DNA of 64,000 nucleotides. It comes from a virus. The notes under the pieces are model-generated. The model worked only from the letters and a program-made list of their open reading frames with translations. It had not been told where the DNA came from and made no database searches. This document shows, one piece after another, positions 41,179-48,618 of this stretch (position 1 is the stretch's first letter; the number at the start of each line of letters is the position of its first letter). The position numbers and the translations under genes are program-made. The DNA is taken from positions 1 to 64,000 of IMG/VR virus record IMGVR_UViG_3300010430_000025. The stretch is one strand, 5' to 3'.

Positions 41179-41823
41179 TTATCTATTTATTGTAAGGTTA
41201 GTTTTTTGAAACATATCTTGCTGTAACAGGTGGTTTTCAATTCTATTAACAGCCGCATCAAAATAATCACTATCTAATTCGTAAGCATCTAAGTCAAAGC
41301 CGTAATCTGCACAAGCTATTCCTATTGAAAGGCTTCCGAAATGTGTATCTAATATCTTATCGCCCTCTTTAGCGTAGTTTTTTAAAAGCCATTTGTATAA
41401 GGCAACGGGCTTTTGAGTTGGGTGGATTTTGTTTTTTGAACTATTAGGGCTGTATAAAAACCCTTTTGGTACGGTATCAAAAGAAGTCCACGCAAATTCG
41501 TACATTGAAAAACTTACATTTTCAGAAAAAAGTTTGTCCCAAACAAGCAAACACTTTGTAGGTGGTAAATTAAAATAGTTTCCTCCCCAAATAATTTGAT
41601 TTTTAGAAACCCTAAATAGTTCTGTAAAAAATTCAGGTGTTGGAGGTTTGCTATCCCAATTAACTTTTTTGTGTCCGCTATGCGCATCGCCTTTTCTCCT
41701 GCCTATATTGTGATTAATGTTTATCCCATATGGCGGGTCAACAATAGCCAAATCAAAGGCATTATCGGGCATTTTTGCCATAGCCTCCATACAGTCGCCC
41801 AAGTGTAGGTTTATGTTATTCAT
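41179..41823 (-). CDS. DNA N6-adenine/N4-cytosine methyltransferase (beta class)
   Basis: GDC, IVDPPYG, HPTQKP, ILDTHFGS motifs; no cognate endonuclease adjacent. Confidence 0.92.
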   Translation of the reverse strand: MNNINLHLGDCMEAMAKMPDNAFDLAIVDPPYGININHNIGRRKGDAHSGHKKVNWDSKPPTPEFFTELFRVSKNQIIWGGNYFNLPPTKCLLVWDKLFSENVSFSMYEFAWTSFDTVPKGFLYSPNSSKNKIHPTQKPVALYKWLLKNYAKEGDKILDTHFGSLSIGIACADYGFDLDAYELDSDYFDAAVNRIENHLLQQDMFQKTNLTINR

Positions 41824-42074
41824 TATATTATCTTTTTCTTTTTTAAGAACTCCATACTAAAAAAAGCAGTAGTAGCACCTGATGCAGCACCAAAGGCATA
41901 AACGATTTTATCGTATTCTGTACCTATGCTTATTTCTTTTACATTGCCAGCCCAAAGCCAACTAATAATAAATCCCGATATAAATATTATCAAAACTTTT
42001 TTATTAGCAAAAGCCCATGTGCTTACACCTACAAAAAATACTTGTAAGAAGCCTGTTAGGAAGAGTAATGTCAT
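41823..42074 (-). CDS. small membrane protein
   Basis: Three hydrophobic segments. Confidence 0.6.
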   Translation of the reverse strand: MTLLFLTGFLQVFFVGVSTWAFANKKVLIIFISGFIISWLWAGNVKEISIGTEYDKIVYAFGAASGATTAFFSMEFLKKKKII

Positions 42075-42078
42075 AATA

Positions 42079-42492
42079 TTACTCCTCGTAGTGTTTAGTT
42101 TGGTTTAAAATATCAGTAATTGTTTTGTTGTCTAAAAACACGTACTCAATATCTTGGTCTGCATTGCCACTATCTATAGTTAATAGACGGCTTCTCAACT
42201 CTATTATATCCTTTTGCATTTGCTCTGTCTGTGTGTTCAATTTAGAAATAACAGTATTTTGGTTGTGTATTATTCCATCAACTCCTAATTGAGTTGTGTT
42301 GTTTAAAACAGCTTCTGCGTAGCGTTCTGATATTTCATTGTAGATTTTATCTCTATCTAATAAAAATTCTACCATAGCTTTTTTAGATGTTATTCTACAT
42401 CTTGAATCGTTTTTTTGAGCATCTTCCCAACTGTCAAATCCCCATTCAGTAGCAATGTCGTCCTTAATTTTTTCTAATAATTCTTTACTCAT
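42079..42492 (-). CDS. hypothetical protein (paralog of 59154..59477)
   Basis: Shares MSKE.L..IK, QMQKDI.ELR and TKHYE. Confidence 0.6.
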   Translation of the reverse strand: MSKELLEKIKDDIATEWGFDSWEDAQKNDSRCRITSKKAMVEFLLDRDKIYNEISERYAEAVLNNTTQLGVDGIIHNQNTVISKLNTQTEQMQKDIIELRSRLLTIDSGNADQDIEYVFLDNKTITDILNQTKHYEE

Positions 42493-42505
42493 AATATTAT
42501 TGTTG

Positions 42506-42865
42506 TTATTGTAATTCTTCTACTTCTTTTTTAAGTTCTTTAATCTCGTCTTCTAAATGAGCTATATCGTTTTCAAGGTTTGATATAGTGTCTTGCGCTT
42601 CTCTTAATTGTTCATAGGTTTCATTGCCAAAATCTCTTAGGCTAACATTTGCGTCTCGCAACTTTTCTAAGGTCATTCGCTTTGCATATCTGTTTTCAGT
42701 TGTTATATGTAAAAGCTCTTTAATAACAAGCTCTAAAAAGTAGTTTTCGCCACCCAAATCATCTTTAATAACTGAGTTAATTTCTTCTACCTGTTTTTCT
42801 ATAACTTCTATTATAGAATCTATGTCTCCGCAGGTGTGTGGTACTCCTGTGTAATCCTTACTCAT
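42506..42865 (-). CDS. coiled-coil hypothetical protein
   Basis: HTCGDID...LEKLRDANVSLRDFG. Confidence 0.6.
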   Translation of the reverse strand: MSKDYTGVPHTCGDIDSIIEVIEKQVEEINSVIKDDLGGENYFLELVIKELLHITTENRYAKRMTLEKLRDANVSLRDFGNETYEQLREAQDTISNLENDIAHLEDEIKELKKEVEELQ

Positions 42866-42868
42866 AGC

Positions 42869-43294
42869 TTAATCTATTTGTTTAATTATTTTACTAACGA
42901 TTTTTGCTTCTTTACCGTTTTTATGGTTAGAACTCCAAGTATATGCTTTCCCCAAAGCAGCATCTTTATCATAAGCATGTCCACTCCATACCCATAAAGA
43001 AAAAATGTCTTCATAAGTGTTTTGTAGAAAACCATGATTAACTTTTCTACACCTCATTAAAAGAGAAACTACAAAATAAGGTTCGCTTACTCCTTTTTTA
43101 TTACAGTAGTAGTTGTTTAGCGTACAAATCTTCTCGAAAGAGGGGTTTTTAGTTCTACCTCTTTCTATATCCCCAATTTGTTTTTCTGTTAAGCCAGTAG
43201 CTTCTGAAACGTCTTTTAGAGACAGATTAAGGTCGTTCCTGTAGTTTTGTAAGTCCTTAGCGGATAAGTGCTGTATTGTTTTTAGTTTATTCAT
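42869..43294 (-). CDS. XRE-family HTH protein
   Basis: LSLKDVSEATGLTEKQIGDIERGRTKNPSF. Confidence 0.75.
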   Translation of the reverse strand: MNKLKTIQHLSAKDLQNYRNDLNLSLKDVSEATGLTEKQIGDIERGRTKNPSFEKICTLNNYYCNKKGVSEPYFVVSLLMRCRKVNHGFLQNTYEDIFSLWVWSGHAYDKDAALGKAYTWSSNHKNGKEAKIVSKIIKQID

Positions 43295-43770
43295 AATATT
43301 GGTTTATATGGATTAGTTGGTAATGTAGTAGCATCTATAGCTTGGTTGGTGGAGATGAGGTTGAATAGGTCGAAATGTTGACTTAATAAATGAATCATTA
43401 TTTTAGGTGCAAAAACATCTAAATATAGAGTGCGGTCTTTGCCATTATAATAATCATAATTTACAACTAGGTCATATTTTGGATTGTCTCTAGGTCCGTA
43501 CTTCTGTTTCCATAAACGTACATTACTAACTAAACCAGAAATTCCTCTAGTTAGTTTTATAAACTCTATCAACTCCTCATCTGTTATAGATGATAAGGGG
43601 CGAAGAATAGGCTTAACACCTTTAAAATTTTTTCGACTGTATTGTAAAAACCATGTAGGATTAAGTGTTCTTATGTAAATCAAAGGTTTGCTTGTGTCCG
43701 TGCTTATACTTTCAACTTGAACCTTACAGCCCATATACAAATGCCAGTCTTTAAATTGTGTTTCTTTCAT
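43291..43770 (-). CDS. Bacteroidota phage hypothetical protein
   Basis: KPILRPLSSITDEE ... HFDLFNLI..QAID. Confidence 0.65.
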   Translation of the reverse strand: MKETQFKDWHLYMGCKVQVESISTDTSKPLIYIRTLNPTWFLQYSRKNFKGVKPILRPLSSITDEELIEFIKLTRGISGLVSNVRLWKQKYGPRDNPKYDLVVNYDYYNGKDRTLYLDVFAPKIMIHLLSQHFDLFNLISTNQAIDATTLPTNPYKPIL

Positions 43771-43894
43771 GGTTTTTATTGTTTTATTGTTTTCTATAAT
43801 CTGTTGTTTCGTTCTTTTTCATTATGGTTTTTACATTTCTTCCCCTTTATCCTGACCTTACTAATTAATACACTCTAAGTATAAGAGAAATATT

Positions 43895-44140
43895 AAAAAA
43901 GGGTCTCGGAACACTGTTTACCCAAGCATTGACACTTCCTTCCTGTGCCTCTCGTGAGGTTTTTAGGTCATATATAACACACGTTATTGTTTTTTGTCAG
44001 GACTTGCTCGAAGGGGTCAAACGAAGCAAGATTTTATACGTGCCCTTAGTTATATAAGGTCAATGTGAGTGGCTATTTTTATCATCCCTAACTATTCCAA
44101 TAGGGCATTGAGGCGGTACAGCCCATATAGAACCGCCATT
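43895..44140 (-). ncRNA. candidate structured non-coding RNA
   Basis: No ORF; four nested helices plus flanking hairpins; strand inferred from context. Confidence 0.4.
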
Positions 44141-44152
44141 ATGCTGTTAAAC

Positions 44153-44185
44153 AAAAAACCCTCTCTAACCGAAGTTAGAAAGGGT
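44153..44185 (-). terminator. intrinsic terminator with UUCG loop
   Basis: ACCCTTTCTAAC-TTCG-GTTAGAGAGGGT-TTTTT. Confidence 0.8.
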
Positions 44186-44223
44186 AACTAAACTATATTA
44201 TGAAATACTAAGAAAGGGAACTT

Positions 44224-44275
44224 AAAAAAAGAAGCGCCCTCACTATGTATACCAAAACAAAGAGCAGAAGGCGCT
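44224..44275 (-). terminator. large-loop terminator-like hairpin
   Basis: AGCGCCTTC...GAGGGCGCT-TCTTTTTTT. Confidence 0.55.
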
Positions 44276-44350
44276 ATATAATTTCGAAGATTTACTTCAA
44301 AGATAATACATGTTGTGCGAAATATTCTCATTTCTCTTTGTTTTGGTATA
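44248..44350. repeat. perfect 17-bp inverted repeat
   Basis: TATACCAAAACAAAGAG (44248-44264) / CTCTTTGTTTTGGTATA (44334-44350). Confidence 0.9.
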
Positions 44351-44396
44351 GCAAAGATAACGGTAAATAAATTTAAGATGCAAGAAAAAGTTTTTG

Positions 44397-44481
44397 TGAG
44401 GCTAATTGGATTCGAACCAATTGTGTATCAAAGTACCAGTTTTACAGACTGGCGCAACTCCACCATCGTTGCCGTAACCTC
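44397..44481 (-). tRNA. tRNA-Tyr (GTA)
   Basis: GAGGTTA/TAGCCTC acceptor, CCAGT-CTGTAAA-ACTGG anticodon arm, TTCGAAT T-loop, long variable region; CCA not encoded. Confidence 0.9.
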
Positions 44482-44486
44482 ATTTG

Positions 44487-44571
44487 CGGAGAGTGAAGGA
44501 TTCGAACCCTCACCAGTGTTACCTGCACTCCGTTTTCAAGACGGGGGCATTACCGTTAATGCTAACTCTCC
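44487..44571 (-). tRNA. tRNA-Ser (TGA)
   Basis: GGAGAGT/ACTCTCC, loop CTTGAAA, long variable arm, G73. Confidence 0.9.
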
Positions 44572-44575
44572 GTTG

Positions 44576-44662
44576 CGGAAGAAAAGAGAATTGAACTCTT
44601 GCCGCTTTTACACGGACTACTTTAGCAGAGTAGCGCAACAAACCAACATTTGCCTTCCTTCC
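44576..44662 (-). tRNA. tRNA-Ser (GCT)
   Basis: GGAAGGA/TTCTTCC, CTACT-CTGCTAA-AGTAG, long variable arm, G73. Confidence 0.88.
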
Positions 44663-44666
44663 ATTG

Positions 44667-44739
44667 TACTCGGAGCGGGATTCGAACCCGCAGCATACAG
44701 ATTTTAAGTCTGTCGTGTTTACCTTTTCACCACCCGAGC
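44667..44739 (-). tRNA. tRNA-Leu (TAA), short variable region
   Basis: GCTCGGG/TCCGAGT, ACAGA-CTTAAAA-TCTGT, 5-nt variable region, A73. Confidence 0.88.
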
Positions 44740-44744
44740 AATTG

Positions 44745-44819
44745 TACCTTGTATAGGATTCGAACCTATAAAATTTTTGTTCCTAAGACAAACGCGTATA
44801 CCAATTCCGCCAACAAGGC
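44745..44819 (-). tRNA. tRNA-Leu (TAG), short variable region
   Basis: GCCTTGT/ACAAGGT, TTTGT-CTTAGGA-ACAAA, 6-nt variable region, A73. Confidence 0.88.
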
Positions 44820-44821
44820 AT

Positions 44822-44853
44822 AAAAAAAGCCCCAAGATTTCTCAAGGGGCTTT
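44822..44853 (-). terminator. attenuator terminator directly upstream of the tRNA operon
   Basis: AAAGCCCC-TTGAGAAATCTT-GGGGCTTTTTTT ending 2 nt before tRNA-Leu(TAG). Confidence 0.8.
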
Positions 44854-44873
44854 GTATAAATATTATAATTTAC

Positions 44874-44942
44874 TCAATATAGTCCCTTAGCGTGCCGTAA
44901 CGACAAACTTAAATAAAGACTATATAGAGTTGTTATCTTCAT
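44874..44942 (-). CDS. leader (attenuator) peptide MKITTLYSLYLSLSLRHAKGLY
   Basis: Codons 6-15 CTA TAT AGT CTT TAT TTA AGT TTG TCG TTA are all Leu/Tyr/Ser; lies between a promoter box and the terminator. Confidence 0.8.
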   Translation of the reverse strand: MKITTLYSLYLSLSLRHAKGLY

Positions 44943-44947
44943 GGCAA

Positions 44948-44955
44948 CAAAGATA
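44948..44955 (-). promoter_or_regulatory. -7 promoter box of the leader/tRNA operon (TATCTTTG)
   Basis: TAnnTTTG, 5 nt before the leader ATG. Confidence 0.7.
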
Positions 44956-45012
44956 AAACAAGAATTTATAAAAGCAAGTGAAAAATAAATTTTGTTTTTA
45001 GTTTTTTATTCA

Positions 45013-45020
45013 TACCTTTG
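45013..45020 (+). promoter_or_regulatory. -7 promoter box of the rightward early operon (TACCTTTG)
   Basis: TAnnTTTG, divergent from the tRNA operon promoter. Confidence 0.6.
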
Positions 45021-45042
45021 AAGTGTTTAAAATTAAAACATT

Positions 45043-45303
45043 ATGAATATAAATATAGATTTGGATGAGTTTAGCGATGAAGAAGTGGTGAAATACGTTA
45101 TTAATAGGTATGAAAACAAAAGCCATTTTCCTCTTAATGAAGAGTTAAAACAGAAACTTGTAGAATCGGTTTCTGGAGTACAGCCCATTTCTGTATTATT
45201 TAATATTGAGTGTCAAAGCGTAGAGGGGCAAATAAAAATAGAACTACTACAAACAGCATTTGAAAAGTATAGTTTAGTTGAACTTGAAAATAAATTAAAA
45301 TAA
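45043..45303 (+). CDS. hypothetical protein
   Basis: First ORF of the rightward operon. Confidence 0.6.
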   Translation: MNINIDLDEFSDEEVVKYVINRYENKSHFPLNEELKQKLVESVSGVQPISVLFNIECQSVEGQIKIELLQTAFEKYSLVELENKLK

Positions 45304-45304
45304 T

Positions 45305-45499
45305 ATGATTTTAGATACAGAAAAACTAAAAACGGTATCGAACTACGCTCACGACAACAGAATATCTATGCGATGGGTGTATGATTGTTTAAACAACGAC
45401 AAACACCCTTTAGAAGGCGTTTATATAGACGGTGTAAGGTTTGTGGTGGTTGATGATTCTATAAAAATGAAACCTAACAGCAAACAAAAAACAAACTAA
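45305..45499 (+). CDS. small excisionase/MerR-like HTH protein
   Basis: TVSNYAHDNRISMRWVY...IDGVRFV. Confidence 0.5.
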   Translation: MILDTEKLKTVSNYAHDNRISMRWVYDCLNNDKHPLEGVYIDGVRFVVVDDSIKMKPNSKQKTN

Positions 45500-45503
45500 T
45501 ATT

Positions 45504-45884
45504 ATGGGAATGTTTGATACATTATATATTGATACAGATAAGTTGCCCCTTTCTGATAAAGAAAAAAAGCTACTTGGTAAAAATCCCGACTTTCAAACAA
45601 AGGATTGGGACTGTGTAATGACAGAAATATTTATTACCGAGAACGGAGACTTAGAGGTGAATGAGTGGGAATATGAGGTTGTGCCAGAAAAAGATAGACC
45701 ACACCCTAACGATAAAGGAATACTTGGGATTATAGGTTCTTTAAAAAGGGTAGGAGAAAGGAGAGTTAAGCAAGACTATACGGGCTGTATTAATTTTTAT
45801 ACAGGCGGTAAATTAGGGTGGATAGAGTTTAATGCTAATTTTATAGAAGGTAATTTGAAAAGCATAGAAAAGATTAATGATTAA
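45504..45884 (+). CDS. conserved phage hypothetical protein
   Basis: MGMFD...FQTKD.DC...YTGCINFY...WIEF.A.F.EG.L. Confidence 0.65.
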   Translation: MGMFDTLYIDTDKLPLSDKEKKLLGKNPDFQTKDWDCVMTEIFITENGDLEVNEWEYEVVPEKDRPHPNDKGILGIIGSLKRVGERRVKQDYTGCINFYTGGKLGWIEFNANFIEGNLKSIEKIND

Positions 45885-45894
45885 AAACTAAATT

Positions 45895-46341
45895 ATGTAC
45901 AAAGAAGATATAATAATCTGCTATTGTGGAGACCCTAAGCATCAAGTGCTATTACAAGTGGTAGAAGACGGAAAGAACCACGAGTTGACATTTACCCCGT
46001 TACTAAATACTAGTAAAAACCTTTTTCAAAGGATATGGGTATCTTTAAAGTATATATTTAAGGCTAAAGGATTTTATTACCATTGGGACACTCTTATAGT
46101 TTCAGATGAAGCAAGGCAAACACTATTAGCGTATTTAACAGAACACCCAAAATACACTCTTTATGTAGACGAAGAAGATTACAAAAGATATTTAGGAGAT
46201 AAGTGGTCGAGTAATGATTTTGACGATTTAGAAAAGCTTAAAATCAAAGCAGCTAAATTGAAGTGTTATGAAGCCGCAGCACACCTTAGAGAGGCGCAAG
46301 AAAAAATTGGTGTAAGCAACTTAATGAGCGAAACAACCTAA
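45895..46341 (+). CDS. hypothetical protein, C-terminal UvrB/C-like motif
   Basis: CYEAAAHLRE. Confidence 0.55.
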   Translation: MYKEDIIICYCGDPKHQVLLQVVEDGKNHELTFTPLLNTSKNLFQRIWVSLKYIFKAKGFYYHWDTLIVSDEARQTLLAYLTEHPKYTLYVDEEDYKRYLGDKWSSNDFDDLEKLKIKAAKLKCYEAAAHLREAQEKIGVSNLMSETT

Positions 46342-46352
46342 AAACTAATATT

Positions 46353-46688
46353 ATGATAAAAATAAACGGAATTACAATAGAAGGAAACTTATCTGGCGGA
46401 AGCTTAACTATAAAAAACAATAAGGTTTTTATAAACGGGAAAGACGTTACACCAGAAAGTACCACTATAAATATAGAGGTATCAGGACATTGTAGTAAAA
46501 TAGAAGCGGATTGCGTAGAAACCATTTCTGTAAAAGGAGGAGCAGGCTCTATTTCTACAACATCAGGAGATATTAACGTAGAAGGTAATGTAACGGGCTC
46601 TATTAGCACTATGAGTGGAGACGTGGACTGTTATAACGTAAACGGGAACATACAAACCATGAGCGGAAATATTAAGCATAAAAACTAA
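46353..46688 (+). CDS. DUF4097-like beta-solenoid protein
   Basis: Repeated ISTTSGDI/ISTMSGDV/IQTMSGNI. Confidence 0.65.
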   Translation: MIKINGITIEGNLSGGSLTIKNNKVFINGKDVTPESTTINIEVSGHCSKIEADCVETISVKGGAGSISTTSGDINVEGNVTGSISTMSGDVDCYNVNGNIQTMSGNIKHKN

Positions 46689-46692
46689 TATT

Positions 46693-46980
46693 ATGGAGTA
46701 CAGAATATTATCAAAACCAAAAAATAGTAAAGACTGGAAACTTTCAACTGCTTATTCAGGACAAAATTGGAAATTGCTATACGAGGGGACAGATGCTAAT
46801 GCAATACTTGAGTTTTTAGATACTCACTCAGCGAAGAACGTATTACAAGTTCAAATTAATAAAGACAAGATTTGGGATTCTTATCAAATAGGCACGTTTG
46901 ACGGAGAGAACTTAGAAATAGTGCAAGTATACGCAAAAGCAAAAAAGTACGACTTGATAAAAGAAACATTAACAAACTAA
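46693..46980 (+). CDS. hypothetical protein
   Basis: ORF with conserved start context. Confidence 0.55.
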   Translation: MEYRILSKPKNSKDWKLSTAYSGQNWKLLYEGTDANAILEFLDTHSAKNVLQVQINKDKIWDSYQIGTFDGENLEIVQVYAKAKKYDLIKETLTN

Positions 46981-46984
46981 TATT

Positions 46985-47221
46985 ATGGAATGGATAGATG
47001 TAAAAACTAAATTACCAAAAATGCATGAAGAGGTTTTGGTTTGGGTAAAATTTGATGGTGATTCTGAGTTTGATTGGAGCGAGGCTTGGCTTGATAACCA
47101 AAACACTCAAAAAAGCAAGTTTTCATACAAAGAACCAATAACAAATAAATATTGGCAACTGGGAAGTGCTAAAAACTATGTGATTACACATTGGATGGGA
47201 ATAACACCGCCTAAAAACTAA
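46985..47221 (+). CDS. DUF551-like protein
   Basis: MEWIDVKTKLP...EVLV...ITHWM..PP. Confidence 0.75.
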   Translation: MEWIDVKTKLPKMHEEVLVWVKFDGDSEFDWSEAWLDNQNTQKSKFSYKEPITNKYWQLGSAKNYVITHWMGITPPKN

Positions 47222-47225
47222 CCTA

Positions 47226-47531
47226 ATGGAAAACAAAACTAAAGAGCAGGTCGAACCGCTAATCCACGCACTTGTGCTAAAGGCAAAAATAAAGGAAGAA
47301 ATAAAAGCGGCAGAAAAGAAACGGCTTATAATTAATAATAGTGGCGACAAATACAAATGGTTAGAATCATCGGGAATACATTACTATATAAAGGGTTTAA
47401 AAACGGCTCTAAAGTATATAAAAGACTTAGAAGCCATAACAGGCTTAGAGCACACTTATATAGCTGATATTAAAATGCCTGATGCTTATAAAAAAGCAAT
47501 AGAAGAATTAAAGGAGCGTCAAAAAAAATAA
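47226..47531 (+). CDS. hypothetical protein
   Basis: ORF in operon. Confidence 0.5.
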   Translation: MENKTKEQVEPLIHALVLKAKIKEEIKAAEKKRLIINNSGDKYKWLESSGIHYYIKGLKTALKYIKDLEAITGLEHTYIADIKMPDAYKKAIEELKERQKK

Positions 47532-47534
47532 AAA

Positions 47535-47720
47535 ATGACAGGATTTTTAAAAAGATTTACAGTGCTTTTTTCGATTTGTAACCTTGTTTTTGGAATGATA
47601 TACGTACAAGATGTAAGCGAATCACAAGATACGGTTTATTTTGTTGGCGCATCAATAGCGCCTATACTTTTTTACATAGCTCTTTTACTTAAAGATATAA
47701 AAGACAAAATGAACCAATGA
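47535..47720 (+). CDS. small membrane protein
   Basis: Two TM segments. Confidence 0.55.
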   Translation: MTGFLKRFTVLFSICNLVFGMIYVQDVSESQDTVYFVGASIAPILFYIALLLKDIKDKMNQ

Positions 47721-48214
47721 AACCAATAATATTAATCTTAGCCATATTCCTAACAGGGTGTTACACAAAAAAGAAGTGTGCACAGTTTTGCCCTGTGCCG
47801 ACAAAGCAATCCGATACGGTTATTATTGTAAAAACAGACAGCGTATTTACAACAGACAGCATTACTATTGTAAAACCTGTTAAGAATACCATATACATAA
47901 CCAACCCTTGCGACAGCGCAGGCAAGTTAAAAAAAGGAACTTACAAAACAGGTAGTGGAGAAGCTACTACAGAAGTAAACGTAACAGATACAGGTATAAA
48001 TGTAGTTAGCAAGTGTCCTGAGCAAATAAACAGGCTAAGGAAGGAGTATAAAAGCACGGTAGACAGTTTAATACGAATAACCGAAACAACATCAACAGAG
48101 CCAGTATCGGTATGGAGAGAGTTTTACTACAATATGAGGCTTGTAAGCTGGGGGCTGCTGTTGTATGTATTGTTACACATTTTATTTAAGGTATTAAAAT
48201 TTTTTAAAATATAA
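47717..48214 (+). CDS. lipoprotein with C-terminal TM helix (unimolecular spanin-like)
   Basis: Lipobox MKPIILILAIFLTGC; C-terminal LVSWGLLLYVLLHILFKVLKFF. Confidence 0.6.
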   Translation: MKPIILILAIFLTGCYTKKKCAQFCPVPTKQSDTVIIVKTDSVFTTDSITIVKPVKNTIYITNPCDSAGKLKKGTYKTGSGEATTEVNVTDTGINVVSKCPEQINRLRKEYKSTVDSLIRITETTSTEPVSVWREFYYNMRLVSWGLLLYVLLHILFKVLKFFKI

Positions 48215-48218
48215 TATT

Positions 48219-48584
48219 ATGGATATAGTAAAATTTGAATGGGATACGGGGTTACATGAAGATTATAACGGGAAGTCTCTAATAATAGGAGTGCCCCTAC
48301 CAAACTCGATTAGTGAAGAGGAATTAGAGAGGTTTGTTCCAGTTTATGGGTTTAGTATTGACATAAAAGATGAAAGCAAAGATTTTAGGCTAAAGCGGTT
48401 AAGCTGTTCCAGAAAATATGTTACAAGCGAAATAGCTAAAATAACTAAAGAAGAGGCTCGAAAACTTTGTATTAAATATATTGATGAGCAATTAAATATT
48501 CTTTATAGCAAAGAAGAAAATATATTAGCAAAAGAATATTTAGACAAAAAAAGCGAAGAAGAAAACGAAGGTGAAAATGATTAA
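48219..48584 (+). CDS. hypothetical protein
   Basis: ORF in operon. Confidence 0.5.
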   Translation: MDIVKFEWDTGLHEDYNGKSLIIGVPLPNSISEEELERFVPVYGFSIDIKDESKDFRLKRLSCSRKYVTSEIAKITKEEARKLCIKYIDEQLNILYSKEENILAKEYLDKKSEEENEGEND

Positions 48585-48618
48585 CCAAACAACGCTCTTA
48601 AAATTAAACCAATAAACC

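Noticed and set aside
41179-41823. Restriction-modification system
   Set aside because: Orphan methyltransferase; neighbours are small Cys-rich and membrane proteins
44360-44396. Theta/HDV-like ribozyme 3' of the tRNAs
   Set aside because: Spacers are only 4-5 nt and the trailer is AT-rich with no pseudoknot pairing
44315-44707. 130-aa plus-strand ORF
   Set aside because: Shadow of the minus-strand tRNA genes (GFEP repeats are reverse-complemented T-loops)
44667-44819. Suppressor tRNAs or stop-codon recoding, suggested by anticodons TAA/TAG (and TGA at 44487)
   Set aside because: These anticodons read TTA, CTA and TCA; long genes are intact in the standard code and all three stops are used
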